DNA of 63,970 nt, filler included, from Octopus bimaculoides (GCF_001194135.2; 7 parts of 7 records of this genome joined end to end with filler, not necessarily neighbours in it), one strand, 5' to 3'; counted from the whole stretch's first letter, positions 25,311 through 37,386 are shown. Notes: a model not told the origin generated them from the letters alone. Translations and numbers: made by a program.

Positions 25311-25927
25311 TTCTCCTAGAAGGGCTGCCTTCCACTCAGCTCAGTCAAAAATAACTGGAGTCTCGTCAACTCTCGGGGAAATCTATTTAACCTATAGATG
25401 GGACCCTGATAGGTATTACCCTTCCGGTTCAGAACGGAGGTGGGAATAATGGTAATTAAGGGGTGTTTCTCACAACTCCAGAATTTCTGAAGTAGGTGAC
25501 ATACATACATACACACACACATATATACATATGTAATTATAAACAGAGAAACTTTTAGCCATTTCTCTGCAGACTGAAAAAAAATTAATAAACAACCTTA
25601 ATCGATTTTTGAGCCTTAGTGGGTTTTCAACAGAGGCATCCAAATCATTCTGATAGTCTCTAGAGAAACAATCAGCCAAACTGTCTATATACTCAACACA
25701 TGCAGCAGTTACTCTATGAAGGAATGCCTAATTTGCATACCGAAAGTGTTTAACACTCTATAAATACCAGTGGCCTGTCAACGGGGATCTTAGTCCACAC
25801 AGTACCAAGGTATGATACAATATATACCTAACATATGGTATAATTATAAACAGGGAAAATATTAGCCATTTCTCAGTAGACTGAAAAAATAATGAACAGC
25901 CTCACATATAAACAACATTGACAGTAA

Positions 25928-26370
25928 TAGTAGTCTCTCCTGGAGATGTGATATGTACATCACATCACACCTAGAAAGTTACTCCTTTGCTTTCAAGTCT
26001 TGCAAATATCTACAAAATACCTGATCAACAAGAGAGAACAAGAGAGATAAAGATGCCTCTAAACTTCTATGTTCTAATAGAATATGTCAATTGCGCCATA
26101 TTAGTGTTGAAGAAATCACAAATATCATCAGCAGCTGTCCAAAAATGTGAGCAAAACCGTCTACAATGCAATATCAAAGGTACACCAGAACCAAAAAGTA
26201 TTCACGTCATTTAAAATCCTGGTGGAACATTTAAATAAAAACAGTGTAACCACAGAGACCAGAAATTGATGTATGGAACAGGGAGCAAAAATCCTGCAGT
26301 GTTTTAGAGATCAGCAAATCAGCGAATACAAAACGCCTCGCCAAACATTCAGGGGAAAATAAACATCTGT
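25928..26370 (+). mobile_element. RLE-type LINE, zinc-knuckle to RLE region, copy 4 (old)
   Basis: Across frameshifts it reads 'SLSW..YITSHLESYSFAF', 'ISTKYLINKRE', 'CQL..SVEEITNIISSCPKM', 'AKTVYNAI', 'WWNI' and 'VWNREQKSCSVLEIS'. These match the R4/Dong-type CCHC-knuckle and RLE region. Confidence 0.7.
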
Positions 26371-26457
26371 GGAAAAGTGATGAGAAACATACAACTCTAG
26401 GCCATAGATTTTTTATTAGTTCCTATTCTTTTAAGTATATTGGTTTATCTATTAAAA

Positions 26458-26773
26458 CGCGGGTCTTAGTGGTTTGGCTATTCGGCTCACGATCGCAGGT
26501 TGTGAGTTCAATTCCCGGCGACGCGTTGTGTCCTTGAGCAAGACACTTTATTTCACGTTGCTCCAGTCCACTCAGCTGGCAAAAATTAGTACCTGTATTT
26601 CAAAACGGCCAGCCTTGTCACACTCTGTGTCAGGATGAATTTCCCTGAGAACTACGTTAAGGGAACACGTGTCTGTGGAGTGCTCAGCCACATGCACGTC
26701 AATTTCACGAGCAGGCTGTTACGTTGATTGGATCAACTGGAACCCTCGTCGTTGTAACTGACGGAATGCCAGT
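26458..26773 (+). mobile_element. tRNA-derived SINE family C
   Basis: A/B-box-like head (tagtggtttgg..gtgagttcaattcc) and core gtgtccttgagcaagacactttatttcacgttgctccagtcc. A close homologue is at 59081-59380. Confidence 0.85.
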
Positions 26774-27005
26774 TTAAAAGGCTGGCTTATGTAACAACAG
26801 ATCTGCATAAAAGAACATTGAAATGCTAGGTTTCTCCGAAAAAGAACAAATCAAGCTGATACGCATTTTCCAAATGTAAAAGATTTGCGGTACAGGGAAA
26901 ATTTGCAAAACATTTCAGCGATTCTCCATTTCAGGTATCTGAGAGATCGCATCCACAAAGATATAGACAGTAATGAAACACACGCTTGTATATTACGTGA
27001 CGTAA

Positions 27006-27221
27006 AGGGCGGCGAGCTGGCAGAATAGTTAGCACGCCAGGTAAACTGCTTAGTGGCATTTCGTCCTTCTACCCGTCCTGAGTTCAGATCCCGCCGAGGT
27101 CGACTTTGCCTTTCATCCTTTCGGCGTCGATAAAATAAGTACCGGTTGTGCACTGGGGTCGATATAACCAATATGGCCCCTTCCATAAAATTGCTGGCCT
27201 TGTACCAAAATTTGGAACCAT
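27006..27221 (+). mobile_element. tRNA-derived SINE family A
   Basis: Head ggcggcgagctggcagaa..ttagc, B-box-like gagttca.atcccgcc, core gtcgataaaataagtacc..ggggtcgat and tail ttgctggccttgt.ccaaaattt. At least 10 copies occur in the window. Confidence 0.9.
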
Positions 27222-27662
27222 ATGAAAGGGACATGCACATCCACTACACGAGTGCAAGTTTATTTACGCCCAGACATATACACACGTTCACACATATATA
27301 CACACACCAAGCAATTCAGATAACCACAAACCCCAAGAGGTGCCTTGACTTAAACAAAAGAGCTACTTGAATTCTGCACAGGAAAAAACTTAAATAAATC
27401 CTAAAGATATACATTAATTGATTAATTAACTAATTAATTAATTGAGTGACTGAATCAGTGATTGATTCACTGACTCATTGATTGATTCATTCATTGATTC
27501 GTCCATTGATTCATTCATTTATTTGTGTGTGCAAAATATTGGACTTGTGATAGTCCTACATTTGTATATCGTTGCGTTTATTCTTATATATTTTCATAAA
27601 CAGGATGACCTCTGACACGCATGAAAAAATAAAAGAATATTTTATGTATTGTGCATTAATCA

Positions 27663-27845
27663 AGCATGGCTATGTGGTTAAGAAGCTTGCTTTGCAGTCA
27701 CGTGGTTTTGGATTCAGTCCCAGTGCGCGGCACTTCGAGCAAGTGTTTTTCTACGACAACCCTGGGCCGACCAAGCTTTGTGAGTGAATTTGATAAAGGA
27801 AAACTGTGGAAACATCGTGTTTAAACACACACACACACACACACT
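27663..27845 (+). mobile_element. SINE family B 5' half ending in (CA)n
   Basis: Sequence ggctatgtggttaagaagcttgc..ttcagtccc..gcaagtgt..gggccgacc..gtgagtgaatttg matches the other B copies. Confidence 0.85.
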
Positions 27846-28002
27846 GCACTGGATTGGTGTAGACCTGAGAACAATAGTGTCTAGGAGATGGTTCCACATT
27901 CCTCGAAATCTTGGAACTCCCGAACGAGGGCCCAACTACTTGATGTAGTTTAAAGCCATACCCTGGTCATTATATACATACATACATATATACATACATA
28001 CA

Positions 28003-28246
28003 CTTCTGTTATTCTGTTACTTGTTTCAGTCATTTGACTGCGGCCATACTGGAGCACCGCCTTAAAGGGTTTTTAGTCGCAGAAATCGACTCCAGAATGT
28101 ATTGATTGTAAACCTGGAACTTATTGAATTGGTCTCTTTCGTCGAACTGCTTTACGGGGATGTGAACACTCCAGCATCGGTTCGCAATTGATGGTTGTCA
28201 AGCGATAGTTGGAGGACAAACAGATCAAAGACACACACGCACAGAA

Positions 28247-28333
<87 letters not shown>

Positions 28334-28499
28334 CACACGACGGGCTCCTTTCAGTTTCCATCTACCAAATCCACTCGCAAGAGTTTGGTCGGCCCGAAGC
28401 TATAGTAGAAGACACTTGCTGAAGGTGTTACGCAGTGGGACTGACCCGGAATCATGTGGTTGGTAAGCAAGTTTGTTACCACACAGCCACGCCCGTGCC
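28003..28499 (-). mobile_element. Full-length SINE family B with internal (TA)n(GATA)n
   Basis: Reverse complement of the 48836-49378 copy. Head at ~28499; tail cagtcaaatgactgaaacaagt at ~28020. Confidence 0.9.
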
Positions 28500-28844
28500 T
28501 ATATATGTATGCATACATACATTCATATATATGTATAAACGTATATATGCATGTAAATAAGGACACATTTACATTATGGTGTGTGTGTGTTTAAAAGATA
28601 GCCGAGCAGAAATGATTCAAAGGCATTGTAGCCGTGATGATTCAGTCTTTTTTAAACCCTTGACATCTAGCAATAATATATGCATCATTTCTGGGATGGA
28701 GAGATTTTTATTTGGTTGTTTCTTTTTGAGGATAGGCAGGATTTCTTTTTCATATAGTAGAGTGTGATTTGAAGAATATTTGGTTGCTATTCTTAGCAAG
28801 TCTTAGCAACGACTAAGAGAATGTTATCTCAATCCGTTTATGTC

Positions 28845-29290
28845 GCAGTTACTGCTGCTGCTGCTGGTGGTGCTGTTACGATTGTTGTTGCTATTAATTT
28901 TTTTGTTGCTATTTTTATTTCTGCTGTTGTTGCTACTCTTGCTACTAGTATCTTTATTGTTGCTAGTTACTGTTGCGTTGTTGCTACTGCTTTTCGTTGC
29001 TGTTATTCTTCTGCAGCTGATGTTGTTGCGAATGATGTTATTCTTGCAGTTGTTTCTGCTGCATGTGTTGCTTTGTAGTTGAAATTGTTGTTGCTACCGT
29101 TTCTCTACTTTGCTGCTGCTGCTGCTGACGTTGCTTTTTTTATTGTTGCTATTGTTGTTGGCGATGCACTTGTTGTTGGTGCTATTACTGCTACGAATGC
29201 TGAGTCAGATGTTGTTGTAAGTGTTACAAACCGTGGTGGCTGTTGTTGTTATTGTTTTTGTTGTTTTTGTTGTTGCTGCTGTTCTTCTTA
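28845..29290. repeat. Degenerate (GTT)n/(GCT)n trinucleotide low-complexity tract
   Basis: Directly visible; the poly-L/V/A/C ORFs here are artefacts. Confidence 0.95.
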
Positions 29291-29439
29291 GGACCAGAAT
29301 CTAAAGAACGCTAAGATGCAAGTTGCCTTTGCAATAATATTCAGGAAAATTAACGTTGCTTCCTCTCTGCTGTGGCTTTCCACTGTAATTATAAACTAAG
29401 TAAAGAAAGAAATCAGAAAATGGCCGCTTTATTGATTGG

Positions 29440-29686
29440 TGTATATAGACACGCACACACACACACACATACAGCCACACACACACACATACAGTCACAT
29501 ATACAAACACACGCGCACACACACACACATACACACACACACATACACACAGACATGCCATTACACACACACTTACAGACACATGCATGAATATACACAC
29601 GCGTGCATGAAGAGACATATAATCAAACGAGTTATTATAAAGATATATGCGCATATATACATGTGAATATACACACTCACAGAGAC

Positions 29687-29749
<63 letters not shown>

Positions 29750-30110
29750 AGATATGCGTATAAACAGATATGCGTATATGCGGTATATATACATGACACT
29801 CTATGCATATCCATATACATACATACATTTCTATACACATGCACACACACACACATACACACTTACATACATACATATATGTATAAATGCATGTACTTAC
29901 ACACATATATGCAGTACATTTGTATAAAAATATGTATACAGTGTACATATATGAGTCAGTGTGTGTTTATGTGTATGTTTGTGTGTGTACATACATATAT
30001 AACCATACATACATACGCGCACGTGTTTGCGTATGCGCATTTATGTTAACGTATTCTGTTTTTATATAACCATATTCATATGTATGTACGTGTGTGTGTA
30101 TATATATATA
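29440..30110. repeat. Compound (CA)n/(TA)n/(TG)n microsatellite block
   Basis: Directly visible. Confidence 0.95.
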
Positions 30111-30376
30111 NNNNNNNNNNNNNNNNNNNNNNNNNNNNNNNNNNNNNNNNNNNNTTAATTAATTAANNNNNNNNNNNNNNNNNNNNNNNNNNNNNNNNNN
30201 NNNNNNNNNNATTCTCTTATACACCAGATGTGCCATCAAAACTCTTGATTGGACTATATCAGGTGCAGGAGAAGAGCCATGCAAGGAACGTGAAGAGAGC
30301 AAAGCATAAAGACAGAAAATCACGGTGGTGCTCCAGCATGACCACAGCCACTTGGCTGAAACCCATAAATAAATAA

Positions 30377-30415
<39 letters not shown>

Positions 30416-30417
<2 letters not shown>

Positions 30418-30735
30418 CTTTGCCTTTCATCCTTTCGGTTTGGATAAATTAAGTACCAGTTATGCACTGGGGTCGATGTAATCGACTTAATCCCTCTGTC
30501 TGTCCTTGTTTGTCCTCTCTATGTTTAGCCCTTTGTGGGCAATAAAGAAATAAGTAATATTAGCATGAAATGCTTAGCGGTATTTCGTCTGTTTTTACGT
30601 TCGGAGTTCAAATTTCGCCTAGTTCAACTTTTCCTTTCATCCTTTCGGTATCGATAAATTGCGTACTGGGGTCGATCTAATCGACTGGCCTCCTCCCCCA
30701 TAATTTCGGGCTTTTTGCCTAGAGTAGAAAAGAGT
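30416..30735 (+). mobile_element. Two tandem partial SINE A copies with different 3' tails
   Basis: The core ctttcatcctttcgg..gataaatt..tactggggtcgat occurs twice (~30420 and ~30630). The first tail is ..tgtttagccctttgtgggcaataaagaaat; the second is ..ttcgggc..tgcctagagtagaaaag. Confidence 0.85.
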
Positions 30736-30738
30736 ATA

Positions 30739-31100
30739 TACGAGGTGGTATCAAAAGGTTCTCAGACTACATATGTTGAAAAAAAAAAAAAAATGAAATA
30801 TTTACCTAAATTTTAACAGCATCTTCTTCGAAATAGTTACTTTGTGCAGTAATACACCGGTCCCAGCGTTCCTGCCACTTTTGGAATCCGGCCTGGAAAT
30901 CGTTTTCCGTAAGCGGGTCGAAGATCTTTTGCGATTCAATCTGGATCTCGACAACGGTGTCTAAAGAGCGACCTTTGAGCTGTATTTTCATCTTAGGGAA
31001 GAAATGGAAGTCCGCGGGTGCTAAATCTGGCGAATAGAGCGGATGAGAGACGAGATGGAGGTGTAATTTGAGGGCGTTTTGGCTGATACTTTCCGCAGGT
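30739..31100 (-). mobile_element. Mariner transposase 3' fragment with terminal inverted repeat
   Basis: Reads 'HPLYSPDLAPADFHFFPKMKIQLKGRSLDTVVEIQ..FQKWQERWDRCITAQSNYFEED'. The terminus TA+cgaggtggtatcaaaaggttc is at 30739. Confidence 0.9.
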
Positions 31101-31212
31101 CGTGCAGCAATGTACAGGCTACTTCACAGAAGTGGCAGTGAATAGTAGAATCGGGAGAAAGGAGAGTGGAAGAGAAAAGCGAATGAACACAGGATAAAGA
31201 TCCTCCCCGTGT

Positions 31213-31432
31213 CATATAGACTCATAGACCCATAAGGGCCGGTTTCCCGGTTTCTGTGGCGTATAAATTCCCTCGTGAGCGGTCCGCCGAACAGTCGCAA
31301 GATTATTCATTTTTGCCAGGAACAACGTGAAACAGTGTTTTGCTCAAGAATACAACGCATCTCCTGGTCCAGAAATCGAAACTACAATCTTACGATCATA
31401 AGTCCGATACCCTAACCACTAAGCCACATGCC
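31213..31432 (-). mobile_element. tRNA-derived SINE, family C-related
   Basis: Reverse strand has a tggcttagtggttagggtatcggac head and a gtattcttgagcaaaacactgtttcacgttg core shared with family C. Confidence 0.75.
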
Positions 31433-32014
31433 ATCACTAATAAACAGAAGTTAAGGCAATTTTCTGACTATGCAAAATCTTAAGGCGGTTTTTATTCATT
31501 ATAATTTCATTTTGTAGAAAAGTAGATCTTCGAGTTGTCAAAACGTTTCCTGATCACTGCATCATCGCATATGCCACTTGGCTTCATAGAAATGACTCTT
31601 CAACAAAGAAACTTCCGGAGTATGTCCATTTTAGAGGATCCGATGTTCAACTGCTTGTGATCTATTCTCGAAGTTGAACAACTTCCAAGTTGTGGTGGTC
31701 ATTATGCCCGAACAAGTAAACCGAATTGTTAAAAAATTGGGTTTGGCGTTCACATGGGTTTGTGTTTCTGAAATTCTGCGATTAATTCTTAATCGAAGGT
31801 TATTTTTTTCATTATGGGAGAAGAAAAATCTGGTACAGGAAACGGTCAGTGTAAACGCATAAGTCGAATGTATTCAAATTTTTAATGAAAGGACGTTTTA
31901 GGCGTTTGTTAAGAATATTCCATCCAATATCAGGGATTGAGAGAGAGAGCGCTAAATCCTCTGGAATGGTAACAACTTTGTATGATTGAACTCAATCATG
32001 CACAGTTATTATCG

Positions 32015-32193
32015 TGCCAGAGCACCACTTTGAAGAATTTTACTCGAACGAATCGACTCCAGAACTTATTCGTTTCTTTAGCCTGGTTCTCATTTTACCG
32101 GTTTCTTTTGCTGAACCTCTAAATTACAGGATGTAAACAAGCGAACACCCCTTATCATGCGGTTGGTGGGGAGGGGCAAGCACAGAGACAAAG

Positions 32194-32227
<34 letters not shown>

Positions 32228-32387
32228 GGGAGCTCTTTCAGTTGCCGACTACCGAATCCACTTACATGTTTTTGTTCGCTCCTAGGCTATAGGAGAAGAC
32301 ACTTGCCCAAGATGCCATGCGGTGATACTGAAGCCAGAATCGTGTGGTTGGGAAGTAAAATTCTTATTACACAACCATGGCTGTGCC
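32015..32387 (-). mobile_element. SINE family B with internal (CA)n
   Basis: Homologous to 28003-28499. Confidence 0.85.
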
Positions 32388-32728
32388 TGTGGGGCCATGC
32401 TTGCAGATTTCCCCAACGTTACATTTAACTTAAACAACGCCATATACTATCCTTATCATAAACTCAACCAAATAGTAAATTGAATTCATTGTTTATCAAA
32501 TCTCTTGTACTATCGTTAAAAACACGTCGGGTGTATTTTCTGAACTTCCGGTCATAAAAGAAATATTTAAGACAACTTATTATATTGACGTGTTGATAGA
32601 AACTGAATACCAGGAAAAAGTATTATCCACAGACAAAAAATGCCTCACATATGTAGAAGATGACAAGATAAAAAAAACAACAAAAAACAAACAAACAAAT
32701 CCGCACTGAATCGTTGCAACAAAATATA

Positions 32729-33115
32729 AACAACATATGCACTCAAAGAGCGCAAACCTCTGCCAAGGCAACATGAACGTCCTCTCAACGATTAACCGGA
32801 GATGATTTTTAAAATGAGAATATCTGAAATAAACTCGACTGCTCTCACAAACGAGAATACTAAAAAATTACCCGACAGCTCTCAAAAATTAAGTTAAAAA
32901 GAACAGGAAAAATAATCCAGAATCCTTGTCCGGTACCAGATCGATCCCAAAATCTCATCATTTCGTGCCAGTCATCTCTGAAAGTTTCATCCGAGACCAA
33001 ACATCTCTGAAAGTTTCATCGGAATCCATTCAGCAGTTCTTGAGATATCTTATCCACGGACGAACAAACACGACTGAAAACAGTACTTCTGCCTTTGCTA
33101 AGGCGGAGGTAATAA
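32729..33115 (+). mobile_element. Non-autonomous Helentron/DINE-1-like (HINE-type) element
   Basis: It has a 5' subterminal repeat cctctgccaaggc (32757-32769), an internal aagtttcatc..atc motif (duplicated as catctctgaaagtttcatc), and a 3' stem-loop cttctgcct-ttgcta-aggcggagg (33086-33109) complementary to the 5' repeat. Confidence 0.55.
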
Positions 33116-33553
33116 AAGCACTGTTAAAGGTTTCTCAGCTACTCCCAAAACTGCATATTCATTTGCTTCATTCAGCATCTGCCACACGATTTATAAAACG
33201 ACTAACTTCACCAAACGAAATTGCAACTGCGCATATAATAAAACACATTCGTAAATGTAAAATTCAAACACACACATACACACACACACGCATGTATGTA
33301 TGTATGTATGTATGTATTACGAAGCCCTTTTCAAACTTCGCTAAAATCAACAGATTCAAGGTTTCCGCAATATAATCAGATACTTCCTTTACTTCGTACA
33401 TTTCGGAACAGAAATAAAAAGCAAAGAAAAAATAAAAAAAGAACAAAAACCAGAAAAAAGGAACATCATCATCTACACTAAAACGCATTTTGGTAATAAA
33501 TGGCAGACCAAATCACATAGAAACCAACCACACTATATACTATTTGCATTTAA

Positions 33554-34082
33554 CCCTTCGTAAGTCGGCAGGGTTGGAATTACTTGAGTGAGTGCATGAT
33601 AGAGAACAAGAAATTTAGTACCTTATAGGTGTATATTTGTAATTATTAGCGTTTAATGGAGGGAAATTAAAATATAATTTATTGGCTGAAAAAAACCTTC
33701 ATTGAAAGAAATCAACATCTTTTATACTTTTATAAACTATATATATAGCACTAAATATAAAATGAAACAAAATTATTTAGGATATCGGTTCCTACCAGTA
33801 CAAATACGAAAAATATTGACTTATAGTTCATCAGAATATTTGAAAAAAGAACAGAAAAAAATAATTTCATAGAAGGCCAATGGGGTCCAGTTGGACCCCA
33901 ATGACCATATTTTATGCTATAACATCCATATGACTGGAAATTTTTGATTCGAAATTTGTATGTGCATACTTAAACTATTAGAAATAAAAGTCAGATATAA
34001 AATCATTTAAATAAAAAATGTAAAAGATGCATAACGTTTAAGATTTGCTGGGGTTCCAAGGGACCCCACCGCCCACGAAGTG
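33554..34082. mobile_element. Non-autonomous piggyBac-type element (529 bp)
   Basis: TTAA on both sides (33550-33553 and 34083-34086). Termini are CCCTTCGT.. and ..ACGAAGTG (1 mismatch). Internal palindromes ggggtccagttggacccc and ggggttccaagggacccc. Confidence 0.8.
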
Positions 34083-34292
34083 TTAAATACACTGGTTAAC
34101 TAACACATCATATACACTTCATTTGATCGACAATATTTTCTATATCACTGGTGTAACCAGGGGAAGAGTACTATAGAATTTAATGTGTTTTTAGACTTTA
34201 AACGTGCCAAAATTATGATGAATCTGGTCTCCATGGCTGATAAAAGGATTTCATGTTTGGTTGTCCTTTTCTTTCCCCCGTCAATCGATTCC

Positions 34293-34462
34293 ATATCTAT
34301 CTATCTATCGATCTATCGATCGATCGATCGATCTGTCTGTCTGTCTATCTGCCCGCCTGCCTACTTGTCTGTCTGTCTGTCTGTCTGTCTGCCCGCCTGC
34401 CTACTTGTCTGTCTGTCTGTCTGTCTCTCTTCCCCTCTGTCTCTCTGCCACCTCTCTCTATA
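34293..34462. repeat. (ATCT)/(ATCG)/(GTCT)n compound microsatellite with a duplicated ~40-bp unit
   Basis: The motif ctgcccgcctgcctacttgtctg occurs twice. Confidence 0.9.
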
Positions 34463-34870
34463 TATAACAAGAGCTAAAAGGAAAAGCATTTATGATAAAG
34501 GCGTTATTTACTATAGAAATATTCAAATGTTTTTCTGTATTTATGGGAACATTTCAGTGTATGGTTGTTCCTACAATTTAATAATTCCAATTTTGTAGTA
34601 ATTATATAATACATTTCCTCTACGCAGATTACGTTGAAAATTACCAGTATTGTACAATGGAGCGTAACTAATATTGGAATATTTTATATCGTAGTTAATG
34701 CTCCTGTCTTTCAAATCCTAAATGCATTTACTAAGATTCGTAGAATTATATTTTCTTCTAAACTTAAAAAAAGAAAGGTCATGTAATCTAGATTTCTAAA
34801 TTGTAGCAGAAGAACCTATGTAATAATTAGCTATATACTATATTCTTCCTTAAACTCTGATTTTCGAAAG

Positions 34871-34960
34871 GACATAATAACCGGTAGTCTTACCGGTTTA
34901 GTTGCCGACGGCTCGACCATGCGAGAGGTTGTACAGTTTTACATGTTACCAGTAGCACAG
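34871..34960 (+). CDS. Candidate 90-nt internal coding exon (phase 0-0) of an unidentified gene
   Basis: Splice context is ctgattttcgaaag|...CAG|gtattc. The open frame is DIITGSLTGLVADGSTMREVVQFYMLPVAQ, and the segment is more GC/CpG-rich than its flanks. No family recognised. Confidence 0.3.
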
Positions 34961-34979
34961 GTATTCATATATACATAAA

Positions 34980-35017
<38 letters not shown>

Positions 35018-35030
35018 CTCACACATCTAA

Positions 35031-35325
35031 CACGCGATCACGTGATCAACCAGACTATCGGCTGTTATTATACATCGCTGGTCATAATATACGTTGTAGT
35101 TTTTGAAAGATGTCCCCCTTCCACCGCTGGCTAGGCGAGCCGATCAACTGATCGGAAATCGATCGAAAGGCTAGTCTGCCGCAGAGTTATTCATTTACAG
35201 CAGAGGGGACGGGAGCAACATAAAATTAAAGTATTTTGCTCAAAAACTCAGCGTGCCGCTCGGTCCGGGAATGGAATCCATGATCTAGCAATCACGAGTG
35301 CAACACCCTACACACTAGGCCTCGC
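35031..35325 (-). mobile_element. tRNA-derived SINE, family C-related
   Basis: Reverse strand has the core gagcaaaatactttaatttta-tgttgctccc and a tRNA-like head (tagtgtgtagggtgttgcactcgtgat). Confidence 0.7.
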
Positions 35326-36240
35326 ACGTTCACGCACACACACACGCACACTCACATACACATACATACATGCATACACATACACACACATACATACATG
35401 CACACACACATACATGCACACACACACACGTGCGCGCACACACACACACACACTTGAAACTAAGAGGAGAGTGGAGATTTATTCCCATCCAAGACTTTTT
35501 ATGAAAAAGTTTTCTGCAGCATACATAACAATGACCAACATATGTTTCTACTGCAGCAACTGCATATTGCTCTGTATGCAATTATGCATCCTTCGTTGGT
35601 ATTCAGTCGAAGGTGACAGCGTTACTTTTTAAATTGAATTGATTCTGGTATTACAGTTGAATCTGGTTTTAAAATGTTTATTTATATTACAATTAATTAT
35701 AGCAGTATTGTTTACATTTTACTGTATGGAGTACATTATTTATTGAAAGGTATTTCTCTTATTTTGAGTTTATACCCTCAGTTAATATTATTGTTATTAT
35801 TATTATTATAATTATATTTATTAGTATCACAACCATTATTTTAACTAGTATAGTTACTATACCTGGTAAATTATGTTTCTTTAACTCGTTTAAACGTATA
35901 TTTTGTCCAGTGTTGACATTTCACAGCCTGTACTTTTCTAGTGTTTATAAGAGTAAATTTAGAAGTGAAAATTAGGTACATTACTTCCTCACAAGGGCCA
36001 TGTCTATTATCACCTGTTCTATAAGTGTTTGCTTTACTAATTATTTTCCAAGCAGTCGAATATACTTTCGCTGGTAGTATTCATTTTCTTCCAATTTGCT
36101 AACGAATGAGTGGCAAATCTCTGCTTAATACAACATGAGCTAGCTCCTATATAGAAATGCAAAGGAGATCGTGTTAGTGTTGTCGTTCATTGGTAGTGTT
36201 GTTATTCTTGTTTGTTACTTATAGGGACTGGAGAACCGTT

Positions 36241-36432
36241 AAGCCATAGGACAAAATGTCTGGTGGCTATTTGCTGGAGCACATTATGCTCTGAGATCAA
36301 ATCCCTCTGAGGTCAACTTCGCCTTTCATCACTTCGGAATCGATAAAATCAAGTTCCAGTGAAGTACTGAAGTCGATTTAATCGACCAACTCTCTCACCA
36401 CAAGTTTCAGATTTTATGCCTATATTAGAAAC
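36241..36432 (+). mobile_element. Degenerate SINE A
   Basis: Contains gaggtcaacttcgcctttcatc..gtcgataaaat..gtcgatttaatcgac. Confidence 0.75.
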
Positions 36433-36559
36433 TTGTGTTAATGGTTGTTATTATTGTTTCTCGACTCGTGAAATATCTTAAGGACATCAATAGCAATCTT
36501 ACAAACTCAGCTACTTTCTCTCATGCAGGTCTCTGAAGTGGTTTATGGCTCACACTTTT

Positions 36560-36935
36560 GACTTTTGACGTCAGTTACTCACCAAATGTGTCGTTGTTAA
36601 AACTCTTCAACCCTATTTACAGCCACCCGACAATCTCCGCCTCCTCCCGGTGCTCAGAAGAAGGGTCCTGTCCGAAACACCACGACTCTCTCTTCTTCCC
36701 TCCCCCTCCGTCTCTCTTAAAACACAAACTTATTGTGAAATACCTTGTTAAACCTACTTGCCTATCTACACCTACCTACCTACCTACCTACCTACCTACC
36801 TACCTACCTACCTAACTACTTACCGACTTATCTCATCTTACTCTACTTCTTTCTTACTTATTTACTATCTATCTATCTGTCCGTCTGTCCGTCCGTCTGT
36901 CTGTCTGTCTGTCTGTCTGTCTGTTAATCTATCTA
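36560..36935 (+). mobile_element. Penelope-like terminal (pLTR) remnant followed by (CCTA)n and (GTCT)n
   Basis: The motif ctcagaagaagggtcctgtccgaaac (36653-36678) resembles the CTGAAGAAGGG..CCGAAAC motif of PLE termini. Confidence 0.4.
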
Positions 36936-37334
36936 TCTGCTTTTCCTCGCACTTCCTATTTTAAAAATTATAATCATTCAAATTTATATCGCCTTTCTTT
37001 TGTCTCTAAATGGCAAATTCCCTGCCCTCTCCGCCTACTTATCAACTTTTCATATATCGGTTTTATTATTTAAACACACGTGGTGGCCATAGCTATTATA
37101 AGAAAGGTAGTCATTTCATCGTAGTTGGAAGCCGACGATTTTTGGCCGTATTGCTGAGCAATAAAAAAACTATTCGTTTTATGGTATCCAACCAAAGTTC
37201 ATGAGAGATTGCTGCAAATTATCAGTCCTTGTTTTTTCCTGTCCGTCCTCTTATTGTTTTTCCTTGCTGTCTTTTTATCGTATATCTGTCCGGATATTTT
37301 ATTGTCATCTTTTGCTGCGTTCTTGTTCCATGTT

Positions 37335-37386
<52 letters not shown>

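Noticed and set aside
25987-26214. 75-aa ORF with apparent splice sites
   Set aside because: Other frames of the same DNA give R4/Dong RT-knuckle motifs; it is LINE copy 4.
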